Source: Octopus vulgaris
Lineage: Eukaryota
DNA length: 64,000 nucleotides
Reading direction: 5' to 3'
Assembly (NCBI GenBank): GCA_951406725.2
Contig: OX597814.1
Span: forward strand, 17,422,001-17,486,000
A program made the position numbers and the translations under genes. The stretch's first letter is position 1; every line of letters begins with the position of its first letter. The notes beneath the pieces were generated by a model that had not been told where the DNA came from, searched no databases, and saw only the letters and a list, made by a program, of their open reading frames with translations. Below are positions 13,137 through 25,938 of the stretch, one piece after another.

Positions 13137-13419
13137 TACAGAGATGTACTTGCATAGCAAGTGACCTGATCTGAGATCGTGTGTGGAACGAAAACAATTG
13201 CAGCGTGGAAGGTGTTTATAAGCCATTTAAAACACACAAAAACCGTTAGATTCACTTCACGATTTAAATTTAATTTGCCAAAACATTTTCGTCGCTTTGA
13301 GACTATGACCTGTTCACTGACAGAATTCCGTGTGGTACGGAATTAAATTTACATGTTGAAGTGAATCTAACTGTTTTTGTGTGTTTTAAATGGCTTATTA
13401 TATTCACGCTACAATTGTT

Positions 13420-13420
<1 letters not shown>
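13137..13420. mobile_element. Palindromic repeat (inverted terminal-repeat pair), PLE-like
   Basis: 13192-13275 is the reverse complement of 13341-13420. Confidence 0.65.
13274..13323 (-). ncRNA. Candidate type I hammerhead with swapped G3-C8 core
   Basis: rc: tgtca|GTGAACA|g GTC..GAC|GAA|AATGTT|T|tggca. Confidence 0.55.
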
Positions 13421-13446
<26 letters not shown>

Positions 13447-13450
<4 letters not shown>

Positions 13451-13700
13451 AATGAAAGACGGAAGATGGAATATACAAGAATTTATTATTAATCACGACA
13501 ATTGTTTTGATACATCTAGCACCGATCCCTCATGTGTGGGACACTCAACAACTGGTTCAAGAGCATCCGGCGGTGCAGATGTACCTCTTCGCATGATAAA
13601 TAAATGCAACTCGTTAAAATGATAGTTCCGCAATGTAACTTCCCGTTTTGTAGAGAGAAAAGCTGCCAGACGGAGGAAATATCTTCGTTTCTATAGAAGA
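13447..13700 (-). mobile_element. PLE terminal-repeat remnant with a decayed long-stem-II hammerhead (13492-13597)
   Basis: Homologous to 50780-50995; core reads GCGAAGA and AAA (two inactivating changes). Confidence 0.7.
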
Positions 13701-13829
13701 TCAAAACTAAAATCACAGATGACAAAAAGAAAAACAACACACATGCACAAACATACATACACACAGCAACCATCTGTGCAGATTTAACAGTGACCAAGTG
13801 TATGCTTGTTCGTATGTATATGTGTATGC

Positions 13830-13888
<59 letters not shown>

Positions 13889-13925
13889 CAGACAGAGACA
13901 GAGACAGAGAGACAGAGAGACAGAG

Positions 13926-14098
<173 letters not shown>

Positions 14099-14392
14099 TA
14101 CATACTTTGATACTTTGATAGGTTTCGGCCATTATTGGCCCAGGCCATGTCTAACTTAATAGCACCACCTGGTGCTATATATATTTATATATATATATTT
14201 ATATATATATATATATAAATACATATATTTACATATATATACACATATATACATACACACACATGCATACAATGACTTAAATGGCCAAAACTTCGAATTC
14301 ATTGTTGACAATATTTTGGTTTCAGAATAAACTATATGTTTACATATCTGCCCATCTTCAAATATGCATTTGATCACTGAAAGTGTTATACA

Positions 14393-14446
<54 letters not shown>

Positions 14447-14854
14447 AGCTATTTAAAGAATTTGTATTATTTTAGGGTATTTTCTGCAATTTTGTTACTG
14501 TTTATATTTTCCAGCAAAAAAAGTGATATATCTATGTCTTCATATACGTATAATTATGATAGTTTAACGCAAACACGTACGACAGCTCACCACAACAAAT
14601 GTCATCAGTCCACGAAAATTTGGAATTTTTCTTTAGGAATCAGTGCATATTTAGACTTTTATTTGAATGCATCACAAGACGATTGACCTGCTTTGATCTG
14701 TACTAACCTAGTTCGTTGTTATGAAGCAATACGAAGCTAATTACGGATACACTACGTATCATCACGACCTGTTAGAAATAGAAGCTAAATCGTCCTAAAT
14801 CACACTCTACTATTGTCTTAAAATATCAACGAGACATTGGATAATACGAATTTA

Positions 14855-15090
14855 AACGGAACCACAATTACGTCGTCTGCATTTTTTAACTGTTGGTATC
14901 GTATGTATTAAGTATAGTTTTGCATTTGCTAGGAGTCTCTTAAGTGATTTGTCTTGTCTTTTGCATTTTAGTAGATTGCGTGTATTTAGGATGCTGTTCA
15001 TTTTCGGGTCTTGAGTGAGCAGAGGTAACTTTTGTACAATTGTGTTGTATGCTTCATTGTTTCTGGGGTTGTGGGTTGGTATGGATTTAT
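14855..15090 (-). pseudogene. PLE ORF fragment (RT-endonuclease linker)
   Basis: PTHNPRN..KCKRQDKSLKRLLANAKL..VKKCRRRNCG parallels LTYHP..SFKRAHNLRNLLV..PCSRPRC in the PLE at 19.6-19.8 kb. Confidence 0.6.
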
Positions 15091-15192
15091 ATGATTTTTG
15101 GGTATTTTCTGCAATTTTTTTACTGTTTATAATGTTCAGCAAAAAAGTGATATTTTTATGTCTTCATATACGTATAATTATTATAGGGTAAC

Positions 15193-15538
15193 AGTGGAAG
15201 CGCAATGGCGCAGTAGTTAGGGCATTGTGAGTGTTTATTGAGCGAAAACACCTAAAGCTCCACGAGGCTCCGGCAGGGGATGGTGGTGATCCCTGCTGTA
15301 CTCTTTCACCACAACTTTCTCTCACTCTTACTTCCTGTTTCTGTTGTACCTGTATTTCAAGGGGCCGGCCTTGTCACTCTCTGTGTCACGCTGAATATCC
15401 CCGAGAACTACGTTAAGGGTGCACGTGTCTGTGGAGTGCTCAGCCACTTACACATTAATTTCACGAGCAGGCTGTTCCGTTGATTCGGATCAACTGGAAC
15501 CCTCATCGTCGTAACCGACGGAGTGCTTCCATCCATCC
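15193..15538 (+). mobile_element. tRNA-derived SINE, alternative body with the group-B tail
   Basis: 10-bp TSD ATAGGGTAAC; 3' half matches 9700-9870; body matches 17990-18090 and 31220-31310. Confidence 0.85.
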
Positions 15539-16083
15539 ATAGGGTAACGCAAACACGTAATGGTATTAATCCTCACTATCAGATAGGACAGTTCACCACA
15601 ACAAATGCCATCATCCCACGAAAATTTGGCACTTTACTTTAGGAAGCAGTGCATATTTAGACTTTTATTTGAATGTATCACAACCTAGATCATTGTTATG
15701 AAATGACACTAAGCTAATTACGGATAGACTACCTGTTAGAAATAGAAGCCAAATCGACCTAAATCACACTCTGCTATTGTCTTAAAATATCAACGAGACA
15801 TTGGATAATATGACTTTAAACGGAACTGTCGTAATTGAAATGCCCTTAAGTATTTCCTGAAAACAAGCTTCAGAAAAACCACGAACTCATATGTAGGCAA
15901 CAAAAGAGATACTATATGGACACGCTTTTCGTTAGAAATACGGGACAAATATCCCTCAAAATGCATCTTGCTATTGTATATATATATATATGAAGGGAAA
16001 GTTTACGAAAATAAACAAAAGACGAAGGCAGGTGGTGTACAAATAAACAGATGTATTAGTATAGCGCTAAGGAATAGAAAAAG

Positions 16084-16121
16084 TATTTTACGTTTCGAGC
16101 CTACGCTCTTCTACAGAAAGA
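16084..16121 (-). ncRNA. Minimal hammerhead (A6U core) in a solo PLE terminal repeat (~15990-16180)
   Basis: rc: tcttt|CTGTAGA|a GAGC gtag GCTC|GAA|ACGT|A|aaata; homologous to 20980-21158. Confidence 0.65.
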
Positions 16122-16271
16122 TACACAGAAGAAACAAGGAGAGAAACAAGGAGAGAAAAAATGTGTGTAGTAGCTAAAGATCTATCATATATATATATAT
16201 ATATTATTACTATTATTTTTAATATTCAGTTATTATTTTTATTTGTTATTTGTATTTCTATTCACTTGTAT

Positions 16272-16600
16272 ATGTTAGTTAGTTAATTTTTTGGCTCAAA
16301 AAGCAAAAAGCAAGGCCATGTAGGGGGACATGGAGTTATGTACAGGGAGGTGTTCATGTAAAGAGTTCAGGCCACTTGAGGTCAAGAGGGACCTTGAACC
16401 GAGAGGTCGTCGGCATCTTCACCATCTGGCAGCTTATTCCACGGATCCGCAACCCGGACGGAGAAAGCCCCTCTCCTTCGATTGAGATGAAATCGTCGCA
16501 GATACAGCTTTTCGGAATGACCCCGCAGCCGACGCTCTGGAGCAGGAGTGAAGAACAGCTCTTTCGATAGGTTACACTTTCCGCTTATGATGTTAACTAA
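16272..16600 (-). mobile_element. CR1-type LINE 3' end
   Basis: RLRGHSEKLYLRRFHLNRRRGAFSVRVADPWNKLP is a typical CR1 ORF2 C-terminus; short 3'UTR and (TAAC)n tail. Confidence 0.8.
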
Positions 16601-16904
16601 GATTATATTGAAGATATAGAGTATCATGGAGGTATATAAGAGGTAGGGGTAGTGAAAAATGTTGAGGAATACAGACCTGAAGATTGGGAGTATGTCGGCC
16701 CGATTACGTATTGAAACTAGATACCTCGTATCTAACCAATACCGAAGTACTTTCATGAAACACGTGTAGTCTTTTAAACGGAAAATACGGGATTCAGAAG
16801 AAATATAGTTAGTATAAGATATAATATTTAACATTTTATGGAGCGGTCGGGTATGAAATCTTTCAGTGTTGATTGAGTTGAAGGTGGTTCTGTCTCTAAA
16901 ACTA

Positions 16905-17010
<106 letters not shown>

Positions 17011-17014
17011 TGTA

Positions 17015-17245
17015 TCTGTGCGAGTGTTTGTGTCTGTGTTCGTCCCAACACACCACTGCTTGACAACCGGTGCTGGTGTGTTTACGTCCCCGTAACTTAT
17101 TGGTTCGGCAAAAGCAACACCGATAGAATAAGTACCAGGCTTATTAAAAGTAAATACTGGGGTCTATGCATTCGGCTAAAAATTCTTCAAGGCGGTGCCC
17201 CATCATGGCCGCAGCCTAATGGCTGAAACGAGTAAAAGATAAAAT
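17015..17245 (+). mobile_element. SINE family A-related 3' half
   Basis: GCTTGACAACCGGTGCTGGTGTGTTTACGTCCCCGTAAC..GATAGAATAAGTAC. Confidence 0.8.
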
Positions 17246-17924
17246 ATGAAGGATTCACTTGTTTGTATGTGTGTGTGTGCGTGTTTCGATTTCTGCGTGT
17301 GTTTATGCATGTGTGTTTTGCATGCGTGATAGCATGTGCTCGAAAACCCTTAAACGTACCTATCTGCTTTGTGTATGTATGTGTATGTGTGTGTGTGTGT
17401 GTGTGGTTTGTATATGGTGTGTGCGAGTGCTTGACTACAATGATCCGTCATGGGAAAGTTATTAATTAATAGCTGTGACGTCATGTACATATTTTCTATT
17501 TTTTTTTTTGCATTGGACTTGAATTAAATATGACATTACGAATACAATAGTTAGAAAATTGCATTTCTAATTGTTTTTCTTTAAACCGAAATTTGAACAA
17601 AATTTTATTCATTTGCAAAAGAAATTTAACATTCGAAATTATACACATATTCATACATATGTATTCACAAATCTTCACACAGACACACTCACACACACAA
17701 ACACATAGACGTATACTGACGAACATGAGTGTTAGGATAAATACAACGATAGGTTTTGTGAAATAATGAGTTTTGTCACATGTAATACATGGCGTGATAT
17801 TGTACGTATGAATATGTGTTCGGCTTTTGATATTATTTATTGTAAAACTTAAGAAAATGAACATGTGATAAAAACAACAATCGCGACGAGTCTACTGAAA
17901 CACTTCATATGTGTGTGCGTGCGT

Positions 17925-18245
17925 GGGGGGGGCACTAAGGTCGAGTGGTTAGGGCAGCGGATTTGCGGTCATAGGATCGTTGTGAATGTTTATTGAGCAA
18001 AAACAACCTCAAGCTCCACGAGGCTCCGGCAGGGAGTCGTGGCGAACCCTGCTGTACTCTTTCACCACAACTTTCTCTCATTCTTTCTTCCTGTTTCTGT
18101 TGTACAAGTATTTCGAAGGGCAGGCCATGTTACACTCTGTGTCACTCTGAATCTCCCCCGGGAGCTACGTTAAAGGTACACGTGACTGTGGAGTACTCAA
18201 CCACGTGCACGTTAATTTCACGAGCAGGCTGTTCCGTTGATTGGA
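17925..18245 (+). mobile_element. tRNA-derived SINE (same type as 15193), 3' end lost next to the PLE insertion
   Basis: Homology to 15193-15538. Confidence 0.8.
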
Positions 18246-18256
18246 TATATATATAT

Positions 18257-20168
18257 CTTTTCGCGGGCGCTTGTCAGCGTGCATTGGAGCGGTTCAACTT
18301 CTCCAGGCGCCAACGCCGCCTCAACATCTCCCCGGCAGAGCTCTTGGCTCTTCGTTCCCTCCAACGGCGCGCTGACATTATCATCAAACCGGCTGACAAG
18401 GGTGGAGCTGTAGTGGTGTGGCGCGCGGACCTCTATAGGGCCGAGGCTTTCCGCCAACTCAATGACACCTCCTTCTATTCCCCTCTGCCCTCTAACCCCA
18501 CACGTAGCTACCAACAGACGGTATCCTCTACCGTCCAAGACCTCATCTCGTCCTCCCGTCTCCCCCGCACCGCATCCAACCTAATTGTGCGAACCCCACG
18601 TACCCCCACCATTTACTTCCTCCCCAAAATCCACAAACCCAACAACCCTGGCCGCCCCATCGTCTCCGCCTGTAACTGCCCCACGGAGCTCATCTCTAAA
18701 TACCTCGACCGTGTCCTTGCCCCCCTAGTGGCATCTCTTCCCTCCCACATCCACGATACCAACCATGCTCTCCGGCTTTTCAACTCTTTCTCCTTTCCTC
18801 CCGGCTCCTCCAAAATCCTTTTTACTATGGACATCCAAAGCCTCTATACTGTTATCCCTCACCACGAAGGACTGCAGGCCCTTCGACACTTTCTTGACCT
18901 CCGCTCTAACCCTGTACCTGACACCTCCACACTCATTCGTCTGGCCGAACTTGTCCTTACTCTGAACTGCTTCTCGTTCGCGGGCGAGTTCTACCATCAG
19001 GTCTCGGGGAACGCGAATGGGCCCCAACTATGCGAACCTGTTCGTTGGCTATGTTGAGGCCCAAATATTCTCTAATTTCACTGGTCCCACTCCTGAACTA
19101 TATGGTCGTTATATTGACGACATTATCGGTGCTACCTCACTCTCCCGCGAACATCTAGATTCCTTCCTCTCTTTCGTCCAATCTTTCCATCCAGCCCTCC
19201 ACTTCACTTCCACTATCTCCAACACCTCTGTCTCCTTCCTCGACATTTCGGTTAGCATTCTTCACTCCACTCTTACCACCTCCATTCACTACAAACACAC
19301 AGACTCACACTCATACCTCAACTTCTCTTCCTCCCACCCAGAACACACCAAGCTTTCCATCCCCTATTCCCAATTCCTCCGTCTACGTAGGCTCTGTAGT
19401 GACGACCATGACTTTGAGACTCAGTCTCAACGTATGGCTCACCACTTCACCCTACGTGGATACCCCCTCACCACTATCCACACCGCCCTTGCCAGAGCAC
19501 GGTCCGTGGACCGTGTATCTGCTCTCTCTCCCCGAACCCGCCCTGTAGTCTCCCGCCTCCCTTTTCCCCTCACTTACCACCCCACGACCCTACGTCTCCA
19601 ACGCACCATTCTTCGAGCTTTCCGTCATCTCCAGTCCGACCCGTCCACTTCACACCTCTTCCCTAACCGACCCCTCCCCTCTTTCAAACGAGCCCACAAC
19701 CTTCGAAACCTTTTGGTCCATAGCTCCTTCCCTGACCCTACCTCCCAACCCGGCTCGTTCCCCTGCTCCCGCCCACGTTGCCGCACTTGCCCTTACCTCT
19801 CCAACACCACCCGCCTCACTAGCACCCACCATCGACCCTATCCCATCATCCACTCCTTCACCTGCACCTCCAGCAATATTATCTATTGCATCTCTTGCTC
19901 TCTCTGCAATTCCTTGTACATCGGACAAACGGGACGCCGCTTGGCTGACCGGTTCGCGGAACACCTTCGTGACATCCACCTTGCGAACGACACACCGGTC
20001 TCACGCCATTTCCGCTCCACCGGTTACTCCTTGCAACACCTATCTGTGTTCGGTTTGTCCTTACACAGAGGCCATCCGGATTCCCGTTTGCGCCGTGAAC
20101 AGGAATTAATCTTCTCTCTTCGCTCTTATACGCCATTTGGTCTCAACTCTCCCCCCTCCTCATCTAAC
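18257..20168 (+). pseudogene. PLE reverse transcriptase / GIY-YIG endonuclease ORF with a frameshift near 19010
   Basis: KPADKGGAVVV, LPKIHK, GRPIVS, TMDIQSLYTVIP, (TR)MGPNYANLF, RYIDD, FLDI, CSRPRCRTC, NIIYCISCSLCNSLYIGQTGRRLADRFAEH, GLN; no start codon. Confidence 0.9.
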
Positions 20169-20741
20169 CCCCCTCTCCCCCCTCCTCACCTATCCTTTCT
20201 CCCCCCGACCCCTACTTCTTCAGTCCTTCATCCTTTCACCCCTACTCCCCTTCCCTTCTTCCCTCTTTCTCCCTCCCTCTTCCCCTTCCCTCTTCTCCCT
20301 CACTCCCTCTCTCCCCCTCTCCCTCTTTCCTCCTTCATCCCCCTCCTCCCCCTCCTCCCCTTCCTTCTCCCCCCTCCTCTCCTCTTCCCCTTCTCCTCCC
20401 CCTCTTCTTCCCCCCTTCTCCCCCCTCTTCTCCCCCTCCCCCTCTTCTCCTCACTACACCACATGACTTTACACATCACATCACATATGATGTGCCATAC
20501 TAATACACACACCAACTAATACATACTAATACGTACTAATACATACTAGTACATACTAATACTTACACCAACCCTATACATACACACGTCCAGACCCCGC
20601 ATACGCACTTATACTCTCTCACACACACACACACATACCTATACATACCAATACGTACTAATACATACTAATACATACTAATACATACACCAACCCCATA
20701 CATACGCACGTCCAGACCAATCTTACGCACTAATACTCTCT

Positions 20742-20786
<45 letters not shown>

Positions 20787-20850
20787 ATACATACTAATAC
20801 ATACACCAACCCTATACATACACACATCCAGACCCCTCCCACGCACTTTT
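20150..20850. repeat. Polypyrimidine tract, then ATACTAATAC-type minisatellite and three ~120-130 bp repeats in the PLE 3'UTR
   Basis: 20150-20450 is almost purely C/T; CACCAACCCTATACATAC..TCCAGACC occurs three times. Confidence 0.8.
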
Positions 20851-21020
20851 AGCTGGTCCCTCAACCCTTTTATCAACCCTATTATCTCCCCTTATTTCGC
20901 TCTCGCGTCTCATGTTTGATCTTTGACCTCTGGCCGAAATCAGATCGCCATGTTGATTCGTTAGCTACTGCACGCATTTTTTTTTCTCTCCTTCTTTCTG
21001 TGTTTTTCTCTCTCTGTGTA

Positions 21021-21058
21021 TCTTTCTGTTGAAGAGCGTAGGCTCGAAACGTTAAAGA
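21021..21058 (+). ncRNA. Minimal type I hammerhead (A6U core) in the PLE 3' terminal repeat
   Basis: tcttt|CTGTTGA|a GAGC gtag GCTC|GAA|ACGT|T|aaaga: 5-bp stem I, 4-bp stem II, palindromic stem III. Confidence 0.7.
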
Positions 21059-21155
21059 CTTGTTTTATTTATATTTCCTGAGCGCCATATTAATACAATT
21101 GTTCGTTTGTTTTCCACCTGCCTTCGTCTTTTGTTTATTTTCATAAAGCTTCCCG

Positions 21156-21195
<40 letters not shown>

Positions 21196-21227
21196 TTTAT
21201 TTAAAAGCAGCTGAAATATAACAAAAG

Positions 21228-21265
21228 CTGTTACTCAGAGTTTCACGTTCCCATTCGTCGGACAG
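21228..21265 (-). ncRNA. Type I hammerhead (U4C core) in an inverted terminal repeat
   Basis: rc: ctgt|CCGACGA|ATG ggaa CGT|GAA|ACTC t GAGT|A|acag; GNRA loop 2 and GUA cleavage triplet. Confidence 0.7.
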
Positions 21266-21734
21266 TTTTGTTAAGAAATTTTGCCACGTGGTGTATACTG
21301 AATCTTCAGTATCTTTGCTCCTTGTATATTTTTATATTTCTACTATTTGCCTCACGTGGTACACAAAATGCCTACGAAACCTACCTCCACCTCATCGGAT
21401 AAAATTACCAACGAAGATATCCTTAAGGAATTAAAAGAAATCAACGCAAATTTTGTCAATTTAACCAACAAAATCAATGGACTATACCACCAAACCCGAG
21501 AAGACTTAGAAAACTTTCAAAGAAAGCAATCTAGAGAGAAGGTCAGTCAAAACCTAAGTGAACTATGCACTACATTAAAGAGTTTGTTTACTAACTTTTC
21601 CACAAACAATTCCATAAAAGATATACTGCAAAAATCACCCACCCCAAATGAAAATATGGCAAAAATATGGATATATACAACCCTCTTAAGTACGAAATAA
21701 CCCGGCTATAGAAAATGAAGAAGGTGAAGATAAA

Positions 21735-21978
21735 GTCAATTATTTTTTAGTCTTTGGGAACAGTATCAGAAGGTATCAAGGGGAATATAAAGGAAATTAG
21801 AATAGAGTGCCCAGAAGAACTGTTACAAAAGGTTTGTCTCCTTGGCACAGCTAGAAATAATGAGGAAAATATTAGACAGCTGAAAAGAATGAATAGCATG
21901 GTACCGTAGGTTGCAGGTAGCAAAGCCCGCTACACATGTAAGACTCCAGGAGCACCAACAAAACCTGTTGTAAAGAGA
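21735..21978 (+). mobile_element. R4/Dong-like non-LTR element 3' end
   Basis: GTVSEG..ELLQKVCLLGTAR is the typical RLE-clade C-terminus; abuts (TAA)n. Confidence 0.7.
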
Positions 21979-22052
<74 letters not shown>

Positions 22053-22119
22053 TGATGATGATGACGACGACGACGACGACAACAACAACAATAACAACAA
22101 TAATAATAATAATAATGAA

Positions 22120-22590
22120 TATATTCACAGATACGACTGAGTTGGGACCTATATACACTGGAGACTACGCCAACACTATGGAATAACAACAGAAACAAAC
22201 TGTATAGTCACACGCCAGAAAGGGTCACTAAGAATGAGAAAGCAACCATACTCTGAGATGTGCCAATCCACACAGAAAGAGAAATTAATGCCAATAGGCG
22301 GGCTATAGTTGTCAGAGATCACCAAGAAAAAAAATGTTTTCTAACCGATGTATCAAAGCTAAGAGATGACATCGTTTCTCTAAGGGAAACGGAGAATCTT
22401 TCAAAATACAAAGATCTGGAAATAGAGGTAACTCGAATGTGGAACCTAAAAACAGAAACAATTCTTATTATAGTAGGCGCATTAGAAATGAAAAGAAAAA
22501 AAGCATTCAGACAAATACATAGCAAAAACACTAGGACTTACAAGTATATACAACATACAGTAAATAGCAATACTAGGCACCGCATACATC
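22120..22590 (+). mobile_element. R4/Dong-like fragment, restriction-like endonuclease region
   Basis: PIHTEREINANR..IVVRD..KKCFLTDVS..KYKDLEIEVTRMW..IIVGAL (decayed PD-(D/E)xK). Confidence 0.75.
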
Positions 22591-22849
22591 TTGAATATTA
22601 TATAATTTTTAACTTCGAAGAATGGTGAAAACCATTGATTGGTCACGCTAAAACGTGTTCCCCTTCTAGGTGCAAGAAATGGTGTTTGTAGAATGAAGCA
22701 TAATGTGCGATTCCCACAAGATTTTTGGCCAGCCCCTCACTAGCTCTCTGTCTCTCTTTTTCTCTTTCCTTCTCTCTTCCTCACTCTCTATCTATCTTTC
22801 TATTTATCTCTATCTCTATCTCACCCTATCTATCTATCTATCTATCTTT

Positions 22850-23095
22850 TTTTTTCATTTCTCTTTTCTTTTGTTCCTTTTCCTTTTCTTTTTTTTTATT
22901 TTTCTTCTTTCTTTTATTTATTTATTTATTTTTTGTTCTTTTCTTCCTTTTTACGATCCCTCTTGATCGAACACCTACGCCACCCCCTTTTTTTTTCTTT
23001 TGTTTTTTGTTTTTTTCATCCCCCCAAAAGAAAAGCTCTACCTTGTAACTTGTCCCATCTGTGTGCAGCCCTGTGTGGCCAATAAAGAAACTTAT
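22850..23095 (+). mobile_element. Tx1-like LINE 3' tail in (TATC)n context
   Basis: Near-identical to 917-1065. Confidence 0.75.
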
Positions 23096-23654
23096 CTATC
23101 TCTCTCTCTCTGCGTCTGTCTATGCATATGTAGGTTTCGTCAGGTGCATGCATCACTGAAATGTTAAATAATCTATCCCGCAATAATGTGCTCCGATCAT
23201 AATTCTACTGTGCAGTATCTAATCGACCAAATGTAGCAAAGGCTCGTGTCGACCCATGATTTCAGTAATATTCTTTCAACGTAAATTATAATGGGAGTCA
23301 TTCGTATGGTGTGGATCTATAATTCATTATACATACTAGGCTTCTCATATAGTGAGGTATGCTGATTTTGTAAATTGTACACGTTAAGAATACTCAGCCG
23401 TTTACACACTAACTCAATGAATATGTAGTTTAGCTGACCAAACGGCTGTGATACTCGCCTTCGAAAATCCTTTCGTTATATGAGTGAAAGCTATGAATGT
23501 ATGGTATATGTACTTGAGTGTTTGTGAAAGTATATGCATATACACATCACACACGCGCACACGCATAAAAAAGATATAGGCAGAAAGATAGAGACACTGA
23601 TAGATATACAGACAGACAGAGAGGCAGATAGATATATAGATAGACAGAGAGATA

Positions 23655-23960
23655 GATTTCTTTATTGGCCACGCAGGGCTAAACACAGAAGGGACAAAAT
23701 ACAAAGTAGAGCTTTTCTTTTTGGGAAGAAGAGAAGGAGAACAAAAAAGGAAAAAAAAAAGGAAAGGTGGGGGCGAATTCCGATCAAAAGTGATCGTGCA
23801 AAAAAAAGTGGGGGGGGATTCCGATCAAAAGGGATCGTGAAAAAAGAAGTGGGGCCGATCAATAGGGATTGTGTTTCACAGAAATGTCAATGTAAAAAGA
23901 GGAAACAGATTAGGCTCGTCTGTGGATAGAAAAGCCTACGGAAAAGACCAAGGGAACCTT
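23655..23960 (-). mobile_element. Tx1-like LINE 3'UTR
   Basis: Homology to 24088-24390; ends AATAAAGAAA before TCTATC. Confidence 0.75.
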
Positions 23961-24087
23961 GGGCAATTGTGTCATGCAAAAATAAAACAAATTACAGTAA
24001 CTGGGTCTCTTTTTTCCTTTAGTTTTTTTTTTTTCGTTTTCTTTTGGTTCATTAGAGATAGATAGATACGTAGATAGATAGATAGAT

Positions 24088-24727
<640 letters not shown>

Positions 24728-25554
24728 GCTTGATACATAGGATGCAGGCATAAAATACGGAGATAAGCAGAATCTATAACAATAACAAAAATAGATAAGC
24801 TAATTAGATAGGTGAATAAGTAGATTTATTGAAGGAAAAAAGGAAAACCTACATTAATACACACACGTGCGCGCTCAAACAATCCCATGTATGTATGTAT
24901 ATATGTATGTATGTATGCATGTATGTATGTATGTATGTACGTATGTATGTATGTATGCTGCGCCTCTAATAAGATAGGAATATCGCCATCAGCATATGCT
25001 CCATGGAAAATTTAGTTAATTTCATTTTGTGATAGAAATACGTAACATACATAACAATCCTTTTATTCTTCGAGAAATTTCTATCGATTAAGGAAATTGC
25101 TTAGAATCTTAATCTCATAGCTACTGGAGTCTTTTTTTGTTTTTTGTTCTTTTTTTCAGACGAGCTGACTTCTATTCATAGAGAAACTCAGGCACTTCTA
25201 AGTCAATTGAACTAAGAGGCTAAGTCCAGATTTCTTAGTATTCATAGAATATAAAAGATGTTTTTCTGAGATTCATTAAGTCGATCGGAATTAAAATCTG
25301 ACCAATAAAATTCCGTTTTTCCATAAAACTTGTGCAAATGAATATCCGTTCTCTTGTTCGCTAGCTTCTTCTTGGCGTAGACATGATGAATACGTGCGCA
25401 TGTGTGTGTGTGTGTGTGCGCGCGCGCGCGTGTGATTGTGGTGTGTGCGCACGCGTGTGTGAGTGTGGCGTGTGCTCACGTGTCCACGCGTGTGCGTGTC
25501 TGTGTCAAGTATGTGTTTGTGTATGTCCGATGTGTGTGCGTGTATATATATATA

Positions 25555-25938
25555 TACATAAAGGTGAAGCAGTCGGTGAATGGCAGGTTTGGTAGCCTTC
25601 AACTAACACTATCTCCTCCGAGACCCAGCGGCGCAAGTTGACCAAAGTTGAGAGTATGATAGAAGGCTTGCTCTTCCTTCGTAGAAGAAAAAATTCAAAT
25701 CGGACCATGTTAACACCAAAAATTATTTACATCAAAAAGGTGCTTTTGTTCTATGAAAATCCCTATTTTTTACGATTTTTTGACTGCTGTGTTGCCATTT
25801 TTCGGTGTATTTCAACCAGAAAAATGTACACTTATAGAGAATAACAGGCTACATAATGAGAAATTTTTACTTTTAAAAATTACAATTTTAAATGGTCGAA
25901 AAGAAAACAAATCCGAGCAACGCCGGGTGATACTGCTA

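Larger units (their letters stand above)
18257..21158 (+). mobile_element. Penelope-like retroelement, Neptune-type, 5'-truncated, between (TA)n tracts
   Basis: RT plus Cys-rich linker plus GIY-YIG ORF, C-rich 3'UTR, terminal repeat with hammerhead motif. Confidence 0.92.

Noticed and set aside
17993-18256. N-terminus of the 354-aa ORF
   Set aside because: It is SINE sequence plus (TA)n fortuitously in frame with the truncated PLE ORF
20169-20519. Pro/Leu/Ser-rich C-terminal extension of the 500-aa ORF
   Set aside because: Read-through into the C/T tract; homology ends at GLN and a TAA lies just downstream in another frame
20510-20850. CRISPR-like repeat-spacer pattern
   Set aside because: Eukaryotic context, the spacers are themselves repetitive, and there are no cas genes; it is a minisatellite
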